A DNA stretch of 64,000 nucleotides from Phoronis australis (Eukaryota > Animalia > Phoronida), in contig NMRA01000112.1 in the NCBI GenBank assembly GCA_002633005.1, positions 384,629-448,628 of the forward strand, read 5' to 3'. A model generated the notes under the pieces. It was not told the origin of the DNA. It was given only the letters and a program-made list of their open reading frames with translations, and did no database searches. The stretch's first letter is position 1; each line of letters starts with the position of its first letter. The translations under genes were made by a program, and so were the position numbers. Shown here piece by piece: positions 9,801 to 19,955 of the stretch.

Positions 9801-12800
9801 TGGTCCAGTTTACTATTTATGTTTGTAAACATTTGCGCATAGTCAGAATTTATTGTCGGAAATTAACTGTTGCGCTAATCCTAACTTGTTTATGTTCAAA
9901 GTCTCTACATTACAGTTTACCTTACGTTATTTTGCGTTGTGTGGTATGCTTTCAACTAAAAAATTTAAGAAGTCTGAGTATTACAAGAATTATTAATGAA
10001 ATGAATTATAATGTAGAGCATGCTCTAAAGGTATTTTATGTTTCTGAAGGCCCAAAGGCGTAAACTAGTTAGTTTACTGGATTTTTAAATTCAATAAGTC
10101 AATTTGTGAGTGCAAAATTATATTTTTCCAGAGGCCTCTCTCTGGCAAAGGATAACGGAGACAACTTTCACTTTATTTTTTCTCGAAACTGTATATTACT
10201 TGAGAAAAAATGATGACCTGACAGATAACATCAATTGCTGAGCATTTCCTGATACTTGAAAATATAGATACTTTCATATTTAGGTGCCCTGGCTTTGAAG
10301 GAGGCCATTGATGACATTCAAGTGGCCACCTTTTTGTGTTTTTATTGTCAAATTCTTAAGGGGCACCTCACGGAAAGAAGGCCCAATGTTGGAATGGATT
10401 ACCTCTATTTTCCTGTTCTTGCGAAATCGTACAATCGGTTTTCATGTTGAAGGAAGTCACTCCCGACATCGTTTTGGAACCACACTACTTTGAAATTAAC
10501 TGTCACTCTTTTTTCCAATCTTAATGATGTTTAGCCTTTCACCTTAAGGTGTCCCATTTCAGACGGCACCCTCTCTCGGTGGAGCAGTTCGGGGGAATTG
10601 TCCCTTTGTCCCTCTATACATGTACATGTAAATCCGACACTGCCAAGTATTCACGAGGGAAGTTGAGATTCCATCTTCATCAAAAAACACAAAACATTCG
10701 TGCACAGCACAGCCATTCCATCCAAAGAACCAAAAATGTTAAAAAAAATAAATTGCCGCCATCGAAAGTGTGAAATTTTGAAGAACGTGAAGACTACTAT
10801 TTGTGAATTACACAGTACTATTTCAATTGATTAGTTATAAAATAATGTTACTGTTTCCTGTAGTATCACAAGAATAGTACATGTATCTCTTTTGAAGATG
10901 GTTACTATGAGTTGTTTGTAAGGAATTTCCACATGTGGAAAACGCTGCTGTCTAGGCTACTATTTGTGATGACCGTGTATATGTCGAAAGGGGGTATTAA
11001 AAAACTCTCGAAATCATAAACAAGGATTTCAGCGTTTTGTTTTGTCAGTGGAGTTCAAGTTGACCTCGTGAATCGTTATAAGTACCTCAGAAATGAGCAA
11101 AAAGACACCTTTTAAAATACGAATGCCCCATCTCCCATATTCTCCCAGTTACCCGTCAAAAGTCTACGAGCATGCGGAAATTGCTTATAACATTCCGTTT
11201 TTATGAACAAATTCATTGGTTTCTGATTTACTTGTTTATGTATCTACGAAAATCGACAGATTCATACATGTAGATGAGTTTTGACAATTAGAAGCTAATT
11301 TTGTAAGAATTGATGATGTTTCAGTGAACTTATTTGCAGCCTGAAGTTGGAAAACTCTATAATCCGATCCCCAAATAATAGATGATTTTTGCATATCTAA
11401 AATAACTTTCAAAGACGTTGATGAAATTCGAACTCACAAGCCGTAGATAGAAAAACTTTTTAAAATCCTTAAATAAATAAAATTAAACTCATTGCTTGGA
11501 AAGATTGTCTTTGTACTTCCTTGGTGCTTTTAGTTTCCTGTGCTATTGAACAAGGAATTTTTGTTCTTCAAAACTGAATTGATTGCTTGCCCTGATACGC
11601 GTGCACGTCATGACTGGGCGTACCCACATTAAAAATAAGGTGTAACACTGCAATAGGCCCGCGCAGAATCTCAGTGATCCACGGGAACTCAATTTGAACT
11701 CCAGACGTTCAGGAAGAGTGTACTTTTTTGGAACACACTATCCTTTTCCCAAGCCACCAGAAACTCCTTGACTGTTTGAAGGATATTTGTGAAATGTGGA
11801 GATGATAACGGATGACGACGAGTTTCAGGCAGTTTTACTTTTTTACTTTTGCCTCTACCGTATATCTTTCGAGTTCCTTGATAAATTTTCATGACATTTA
11901 GGAAATAGATTCCTATTCAAGAGACAATGGCGCCTTCCTGTTATCGGACTGATCTGATGTGTTCTACGCCACCGAGGTGGCAATTTAAAAATTTGGAGTG
12001 TTTTATGACGTCCGCCTTCCTATCGGGCAATCTCTACAAAGGATCGTTATAAAATTGGCAGATGATTTCCTAATAAGCAGACCGCAGCTGACACGCATTT
12101 TCGGACGAGTGTGACATTTTTTCGTCCACGGCTTCCTAACGTTTTGCATGGACTTCGTGAAATGTGGCAGATATGTTCCTATGGAGTATCCTTGGTGTTC
12201 GTGGATAGATTTTTCTGAAATTTGGCAAATACTGTAGGTTTCTATTAAGGCTACAACTATATCTTTACATTTCGGGCAGATTCAGAGTATCTTACACCAC
12301 CTAGTGGTCATTTTTATGCTTTTGAATTCGTCGTTTAGTTTTAGAGTATGCCTCTTCATTCGCCAAATTGCTCAAAGGAGCATTAGGAATCATAGCAGTT
12401 GTTTTCCTGATGAGAAGACCATGGCTGACATTACGTTGATTTTTGGATAGATGTGACACATGTGGTGAACCCTAATGATGACTGCATTTTTATGCCCACG
12501 TCTTTGCATCATGTTTGTGAACGTTTTGCATAGATGTATAGCAACGCAAGCCCATGCCCGGACGACTCTGACTACCGCTATGCTCCCCAAACTGAGGTCT
12601 CGATGTTCTTTTCTGAACTTCGGGCAATGAATTTTCTATTGTGAAGATGACAGCATTTTTTTAATTTGTGACAGATGTGTTCCGACAGACATGAGCATGA
12701 CTGGCGTAGATTTTCAGATGGGTCCAACTACTGCGGTGCCCCCTAGTGACATTATTTTCCCATCTGCGGCTGTATCTACTAAACCCCTTGCAAGGTCACA

Positions 12801-13663
12801 ATTTGTCAAGTCTATTCATTTTCCTATCAAATTCACAACAGATGGACGGATTCCACTACCGCTGTGCCTCCTCCTAATGACAATGTTTTACGTCTGTCTC
12901 TGTTTTGTCGAAGCGTCTTGGGGTATTTTCATGAAAGCTGACATATTATTTTGAAAGAGAGAGTCTACAATGCTTTCCCAGTTTCGGGCGGTTTGACTTA
13001 TTCTGTGCCATCTGATGTCCATTTTATAACAGTAAAACCCATAAGGAGCAAAGCGTTTGCGTTGCAGTCGTGGGGGCATTTCAACGCCCCGCGTGTGTAA
13101 TTTGGAAAAGGTTTTTTAAGAATGTGATAATGGCTGCCCACGACTGTTGGACGGTTCTGTCTACCGTTGTGCCACTTTGTGGTAGTTTTTACGCTGGTGT
13201 TTTTGACGCTTTTTCAAGAAATTTGGCAAACACGTTTCTATTAAAACGACTACAGCACTTTGCTATTTTGAAATTTATTCAACACATTATGTGCCTTTAT
13301 GACCATCTTTATTATTATTTTGTCGTCTGCCGCTGTATCGCAAAGTGCTCAGAGGACCATTATGACTAACAGACAAGAGCATGACTGCAACGTGGATTTA
13401 CAGACTGGTCTCACTACTGTGGTGTCCCTTTAGTTACCCGTCTGCTGTATGTGAGTGGAACGTGCATGAGCATTCGGTTATTTCAACTACTGCATTTTCT
13501 CATTTAATTATTAGAGTTAATTATAAATTACCTTAAGTGGACCACAACGGTAAATTTGTGGTCAAAAGCGACTCACATTTGCCAAAGATACGCCTACATA
13601 TCCATAAATAGTTCCATTAAAGAATAACACTGTCGCGTTACCAATCGTGTAAACAAACTAGGC

Positions 13664-13733
13664 ACAAGTAACCTAATTGACCCACCCTTGTGAAATGAAC
13701 AAGTAACCTAATTGACCCACCTTTGTGAAATGA
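13664..13733. repeat. 35-bp tandem duplication
   Basis: ACAAGTAACCTAATTGACCCACCYTTGTGAAATGA occurs twice with one mismatch. Confidence 0.85.
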
Positions 13734-14110
13734 GTTCAGAGCCTGAGCAAATTGTTCGTCGAAGGTCCACAAAGAGCATCAAGAGATGGCATTCACTTTC
13801 AATAACTCTCATTTCACAGCTAGCGGTTAGTATCCCTCTCTTGAAATTGTAGTTCATCCTATGAAGAACCATCAAACTGATGTTGTTTTTAAATCTTTAT
13901 CGCTAACAGTTGAATGAACTATCATTACTTTCCTATTTCCTCAGACTGACTTTATGCAATTGTAGTTAGCAGTGAATGACAAACTAATTGTTTTATACTG
14001 TTTTCGTCTAATTTAGCTATTCTTATCTTTTGTATCTGTCTGCCCTTCTATATAAATATAAATTATTACATGGCGAAGTCGTTATCCCTCGTATTTTAGA
14101 GCCCGAGTGA

Positions 14111-14168
14111 ATTTTGGAGAATTATCGCCCGAAGGGCGTCAGCCCCGAGAGCGATGATTCTCCAAAAT
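14111..14168. repeat. Imperfect palindrome, likely core of a non-autonomous DNA element
   Basis: ATTTTGGAGAATTATCGC ... GCGATGATTCTCCAAAAT are 17/18 inverted arms around a GC-rich spacer. Confidence 0.6.
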
Positions 14169-14372
14169 CCACGTGGTCAAGTCGGCGACTCGAAACTTTG
14201 ATGCCCGGGTTCGAAACCAGCCTCGGTTTCCCGCCAAAATGTTATCTCACCAGTGAGATGACTAAATAGGTTATTACACGGTTGTATTTGTCATTCAACG
14301 CTAATATTGTTGTATAAAAACTAATAATGTCATCTTATGTGCACTGTACTTTCCAGATCCAGCGCTCTTACA

Positions 14373-15525
14373 ATGATTGTCATAGATGACAGTACTGGGT
14401 ATGCGGGCAATGCTGGCACGAACACGGCGAGGTCTACCGAAAAAAAACAAGCAATGGCAAATTATTTACTTGCTGGTACGACGGCGGCGCTTGTCCATGG
14501 TGTCATTATGAAGACTGCGGTTACCGAAGCTAGCATTTTGGCGACCGCTTCCGTAGGTGGTTCTACGACGGCGGCTGCCTTAAGTGGGTCTGCGTCGGCG
14601 GCAGTCGGAGCTGGTTCTACGACGGGGGCTGTCCTTAGTGGTTCTATGACGGTGACAGTCGGAATTGGTACCTCGGCGGCGGCTGCAGTAAGTGGTTCTA
14701 TGACAGCGGCAGTCGGAACTGGTGCCACGGCGACGACCTCGGCGGCGGCTGCAGTAAGTGGTTCTATGACAGCGGCAGTCGGAACTGGTGCCACGGCGAC
14801 GACCTCGGCGGCGGCTGCAGTAAGTGGTTCTATGACAGCGGCAGTCGGAACTGGTGCCACGGCGACGACCTCGGCGGCGGCTGCAGTAAGTGGTTCTATG
14901 ACAGCGGCAGTCGGAACTGGTGCCACGGCGACGACCTCGGCGGCGGCTGCAGTAAGTGGTTCTATGACAGCGGCAGTCGGAACTGGTGCCACGGCGACGA
15001 CCTCGGCGGCGGCTGCAGTAAGTGGTTCTATGACAGCGGCAGTCGGAACTGGTGCCACGGCGACGACCTCGGCGGCGGCTGCAGTAAGTGGTTCTATGAC
15101 AGCGGCAGTCGGAACTGGTGCCACGGCGACGACCTCGGCGGCGGCTGCAGTAAGTGGTTCTATGACAGCGGCAGTCGGAACTGGTGCCACGGCGACGACC
15201 TCGGCGGCGGCTGCAGTAAGTGGTTCTATGACAGCGGCAGTCGGAACTGGTGCCACGGCGACGACCTCGGCGGCGGCTGCAGTAAGTGGTTCTATGACAG
15301 CGGCAGTCGGAACTGGTGCCACGGCGACGACCTCGGCGGCGGCTGCAGTAAGTGGTTCTATGACAGCGGCAGTCGGAACTGGTGCCACGGCGACGACCTC
15401 GGCGGCGGCTGCAGTAAGTGGTTCTATGACAGTGGCAGTCGGAACTGGTTCCACGACGGGGGCTGTCGCAACTAGCTCTGCGGCGACAACTGCGGGGGCG
15501 GTTGCCACTGAAGGGGCTGTGGCAG
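14373..15525 (+). CDS. Exon of an Ala/Thr/Gly/Ser-rich repeat membrane protein (acceptor before 14357; ATG 14373 or 14454)
   Basis: TTCCAG acceptor ends at 14356. The frame is open to a CAG|GTATGT donor after 15525 (phase 1), which joins in frame to the exon at 18542. Confidence 0.72.
14671..15460 (+). repeat. 66-bp coding minisatellite, 11 identical copies plus one diverged copy
   Basis: Unit CCTCGGCGGCGGCTGCAGTAAGTGGTTCTATGACAGCGGCAGTCGGAACTGGTGCCACGGCGACGA starts at 14671, 14737 ... 15001 ... 15331, 15397. It encodes SAAAAVSGSMTAAVGTGATATT. Confidence 0.95.
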
Positions 15526-16159
15526 GTATGTATATTTTTCTGAGTCGCCGATGCTTTCAGAGACAATGTCCTATCTCAGTAACCGTATTGTGAGACCGAC
15601 ATTGAGGGGAGTGAAGAGTCCAATTGGATTTTTATTTGTATCTTTTGGCAGCTAAATGCATCTTTACACAACTTGGTTATAAAAACATAAGCCGCCAACA
15701 AACACAAATATACATACAATTAAAAGCTGGTATAATTTATCAATGCTGCGCCTTGCTCGTGTTCAAGGAGGCCCTAGTTTTTCGTCTTGTTGAGTATAAA
15801 GATTAGAAGAAATTGATATCATCTTTATTGTTTCAATCCACCACTTAAGTTCAGTAGAAGGGATTAATATGTAATCGCCTCCACCTTAATATGTAATAAA
15901 CCTGATCCAGTTGTTTCCAGATTCTCTGTGGAACACTTCTCCCCTTGCTTGTATTTGAGATTTCATATTAAGCAAGACCAACACTACTTAAATTCCCAGA
16001 AAGTTCAACAGTCAATCTGAAAGGAACAAACTTAAACTTTTAACAAAAGCCTAATTAAATAAAATGTGTCTACTCACGTTAACAGCTATCAGATAGGCTA
16101 CTTTGTATAGTAAGAAGAACTGTAGTCCGAATGTCAATTGCAAACGTTGCTGTCACAGT

Positions 16160-17660
16160 CGAGGGGATATACTTTCGCGACTGGTCTCTGTATATTGTTA
16201 ACACAACCATCCGCCACTCGTACATGTACCAAACCTTCACTTTGTGGTTGCACGACCCACATGGTGTCCCCAATAATGACGAGTACTACATGTCCAAATT
16301 CCGAGTTCCTCTTTTCTAGTAACCATTTTGTCCCCCAACTTCTCCAGGAAAAATGGTTGAGCGTGACAAGTTCTAAGTCCCTCAGACTAGGCGACTGGTA
16401 TTGTACGTCAAAAGGGCGAGAGTGATCTTTAAAATGATAGTGGTCTTTTCATTGACAGCACTGCTTTCCAAGAAGACCCACTACAACACTGAGAAATTGT
16501 TCGTCGTTCATTTCAGTAGTTTCAATTCTAACTTTGATAGTTTGGGGTACGAACCATACATTCGTGAACACCATTGAATTGTGGAGCTGGCCGAGAGTTG
16601 AAACGCCATCGCACCTCTTTGGAGGAAGTCCTACCTTTTATGTTTTCTGGTTGCAGCTTCGAAAGCTGCTGCAATTCTTTGTAAGCTCCCTCAAAAATAG
16701 CAATAGCTCCATTGCCTGAGTATACGTTTTCAGTACTCTCCTTTGTGAAGCCATGTTGACGAATGTTTTGGTGTTGGTGTCGAGTCCACTGCAACTTCTA
16801 GTTGAACAACGCGTTTACGCAAGCACGTAAAAATGTAGAGGAGTCCTTTCAATCAAGTCTTTTCTTGACCTTGTTGAACAGCATAGGGTCCAGAGAAATC
16901 CACCGAAGTTTATCTGTAAGCATAAAGAGTGTCTCTGGCTGCCGGCTTGCGTAAGAGCATCATCTGTATCCCTCGTGGACTCGCATTCTTTCTTTTACAC
17001 TAGCATCAGTCTTGTTTGAGACTTCGGGTAGAGATGATTCATTTCCATCGTAGCAGTTGAGCAAGACTGAAATTCGTACCTCTGTCTAGAGTTTGTTCAA
17101 GCTGATGTTTAACAAAACATTTTGTTGTCCAATGACTGCGTGTAGTACAGGACGTCGCGTCTCCCACAGTACAACTGTAGACCATCTCAAACGCGCATTG
17201 GATTTAAGAAGTCTATCTCCGTCGATAAATGGGTTGAGAGACAATTATTTGAACGGTTTTGATCTTTCATTGCTACTTTAATGACTAGGCTTCATCCTTG
17301 AAATCCTCAAGCTGAATGCACCGTATGTGATCTGTCTCAGGTGCCGTAAGTTCTTCAGGTTCGAAAGCTTCTGTTCTCCGTAATGTTCTTGGCAGCCTTC
17401 ATTTGTCTACAAATCGCGAGTCAATTTGTTCCCACTCCAGTATCGCTGAGACACCAGATGATTTTGCGCATTATCTTTGGCAGAAAAAATATACAACATT
17501 TGGCTTTTACTGACTGGTCTATTTTCGAGTTTCTAAGCTTTTGTTGAGAGTAGGATTCTGAGGCAAATTCTGTGAGTCTTGAAAGAGGTACCTCGTGCCT
17601 ACTATTTTTGTCGTTTTTGAACGCGCCAACGTTTATTCCACTTATCGCTATGTCAGCCAC
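16160..17660 (-). mobile_element. Degenerate BEL/Pao LTR retrotransposon relic (integrase and C-terminal region), intronic
   Basis: Minus-strand fragments with stops and frameshifts: GTNFSLAQL...CKRKNASP, TSVDFSGPY, RVVQLEVA, WRFNSRPAPQFNGVHECMV, VTLNHF and RPVAKVYPL. These match the BEL integrase pattern (VDFxGP, WxFxPxxAPxFGGxWE, LTPNHFL, RPxxKLxPL). Boundaries are approximate. Confidence 0.8.
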
Positions 17661-18541
17661 TGTCCAGTCATATACTGTATTTCTCCTTCTCGGTGCACCA
17701 CTAATGGTTTGAACTGCTTACTTTGTCTACAAATACGTCCATGCTGTCGGTCCAGAAGTTTTGTTTGCAACGAAACGACCTTGGTCTTGATTTTTGACGG
17801 CTTGCTGTTTGGTCTGAATAGGCCTTGCTAACTTTTTCCAGATATCCAATTGTACCTAATACAAAATAAAGATAAAAGTTTCAAGTTTCGTGCGAAATTT
17901 GTCAGAAATCTGGCAGCTGTAACTTGCACCGCGCCGAAATTGGAAAATCGCGATTTTAAGTAAACGCACAATCACGTGATGACAAACAGTAAGGGATTGT
18001 TTTTGTGCGCACAGCGGGTTTCTATGACCACCAAGGACTTGGAAATTATTGGTTTCATGGTTTGGTGAGTTGTATTTTAAAAGATATTCAAAGGAATGTG
18101 AATTTGGGTAGCGAAGTTATCCAATTGTCCTAATGTGGCGAAGTTAGTCGTTGACAACGTTGAACAGTCTTTGCTGTCTTCTTGATTTTGGTCATCGTCG
18201 CCCCTGTCGTCACTTGATGTTAAATATTTCGTAGTTCTCAAACGCGTTATTTGTGGGAGTGTAGGGATGTGACACCCCCCCCCCCAATGATTTCAGATTA
18301 TTTCCGAAAATGTGTACTTTGCAAACTGGGAGTGAACATGCAGATAGTGACTTAAAACAACTGGCCAGGCTGACTGCTCAACATTGATGACGTGTATAAG
18401 AATAACGGTTTTGTTTGAAAGGGGTTAGATTAAATGTTAAACAAAATGAATGGAGATTTTATAAGGGGTCACACTGCTCCACTAAAGTAAAAGCTTAAGA
18501 AACACCCCTATTAAAGGCGACTTAATTTTTTCTTTTTCCAG

Positions 18542-18738
18542 CATCTTCCATTGCTCCGATGACGATCGTGGCTGGTGTAGCGATTGGTGCAGTAGTCGTT
18601 TGCCTTACAGCCTACGGGATATACCGTCTGTACAAGAGGATGTCCACCAAGGCAACAGATGCATCGAAAGAGTCAAAGTCTTTAATGATAGTTACTTGCA
18701 AAAACAAAAACGCTACTCTATTTAAGCATGTTATTTGA
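18542..18738 (+). CDS. Terminal coding exon with TM helix of the repeat protein
   Basis: Strong polypyrimidine tract TTTTTTCTTTTTCCAG ends at 18541. The phase-1 join gives ASSIAPMTIVAGVAIGAVVVCLTAYGIYRLYKRMSTK...HVI-stop (TGA 18736-18738). Confidence 0.72.
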
Positions 18739-19831
18739 ATAACTTTTTACTGAAGTGCCACTTACTGTTTCCAGGTTTTGTTCAAGAAACTCTAAACTTT
18801 GCTTTTTCCCAATTTAGAACGTAGGTTGAGTACACCAGTTGTCTTCCGGATGATGTATTTTCACCTTATTCAGTCCTTCTTGCAAGGACCATGTCTATCT
18901 TGTTTAGGAATGGCTCCAATATGTCAAAATTGTAACAGGGAACTCATATGTGCATTATCCAGATAAAATAGTGCTCTGTCTAGAAGGGTTAAATTAAATG
19001 ACTCCTGTATGAAGGTTGGGCTGCGGAGGCTATTGGTATTTTTTCTTTGGATAGCAACAGGTGAATAATTTTTTATCAATCTCTCTAAAGCGTGCTGTGT
19101 TTGTGAAAATATCTCGCTGATGACTTTGTCATTGTGCAATTCGTTTTTACGACTGTTCTGTTATTGATTGACCATTCCGGTCTTCATGGCTGATTTGCCA
19201 TTGCTGTAGGCCACTTTACAGGAGCATACATGTTGCTCGGTCAGTATAACGGCAAATGGAAACAAAAGTTGATTTTTACTATGGAGCTTAGCATGTTCAT
19301 CGCCATTTAATTGGACGCCCTTACAACAGCCCACGAGATACAGTGGGTATCAGTTAGAAAACTTAGTGATGCATCCAAATGGTGGAGGACTGTGTAAGCT
19401 TTTACTGATGAAATTGAATTAAAATGTTTGCCGATACATGTAAGTTGACTTCAGCGAACTTTTGCTTTAATTTAGATCGTATTCCAAAGTCGTATCTAAC
19501 ATTCACATCTTGACAAGTTTTGTAAAAAAGAGCCAGAAAATATAACCTTAACCTCTATTGAGGCAGTATTGTGACCAACATTCTGGGCCCGGGTTCTAAT
19601 CTTTTAACTCAAAATGGAACTCGAAATTACGTTAGGCATTTTCTACTTTACTTTTGTGTGAACTGAGGATGAGTGTCTATTATTCTATGGTCGATACAAA
19701 AGGATAATTTTTCAGGCCTTGTTTGCTGCTGATAAGGCCAATATTTCGTGTTTTTACTGGAGTTTGTAGTACGAATATAAGGGTCACCAAGTGCAAACTT
19801 GGACTACACTCTCATATGAGTTAAATTATAT

Positions 19832-19955
19832 TTAGAAAACGGACAATTGCCGCATAAATAAAGAAGTTCATGTTAACTCAACGTTTCGTCTTATTCAACA
19901 AGCCATCATCAGGATATGAACTTCTTTATTTGTGCGGCAATTGTCCGTTTTCTAA
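19832..19955 (-). mobile_element. 42-bp inverted repeat enclosing a hammerhead-like core
   Basis: Arms 19832-19873 and 19914-19955 are 40/42 complementary. The loop on the minus strand reads CUGAUGA-U-GGCUU(GUUGAAU)AAGAC-GAAA-CG-UU. Confidence 0.65.

Larger units (their letters stand above)
1..10315. repeat. Tandem duplication of a ~2.2-kb unit (copy 1: 1-1606 + 6819-7958; copy 2: 7959-~10053; partial third block ~10058-10315 matching ~7123-7380)
   Basis: Position 1 ACATTACTAGAGTATAAA matches 7959 ACATAACTAGAGTATAAA. 6819 ACGAGCCCCC matches 9041 ACGAGTCCCC (period 2222 bp). The short ORFs recur in pairs (7297/9517, 7377/9597, 7580/9800). Confidence 0.93.

Noticed and set aside
7297-10063. 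Paired short ORFs in the 2.2-kb unit
   Set aside because: They recur only because of the duplication, show no domain signal, and differ between copies by frameshifts or truncation.
14200-14225. GGGTTCGAAACC B-box-like motif as tRNA
   Set aside because: No cloverleaf or A-box is evident around it.
14671-15460. Repeat array as a CRISPR array
   Set aside because: The units are contiguous and identical with no spacers, there are no cas genes, and the context is eukaryotic.
14462-15566. Long minus-strand ORFs (348 aa AAAAEVVAVAPVPT repeat; 328 aa Arg/Cys-rich repeat)
   Set aside because: They are open only because the 66-bp unit lacks stops in those frames. The plus frame has splice sites and an in-frame TM exon.
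19663-19700. CTGAGGATGA...GGTCGATAC as a third hammerhead
   Set aside because: The GAAA box is altered and stem II does not pair.
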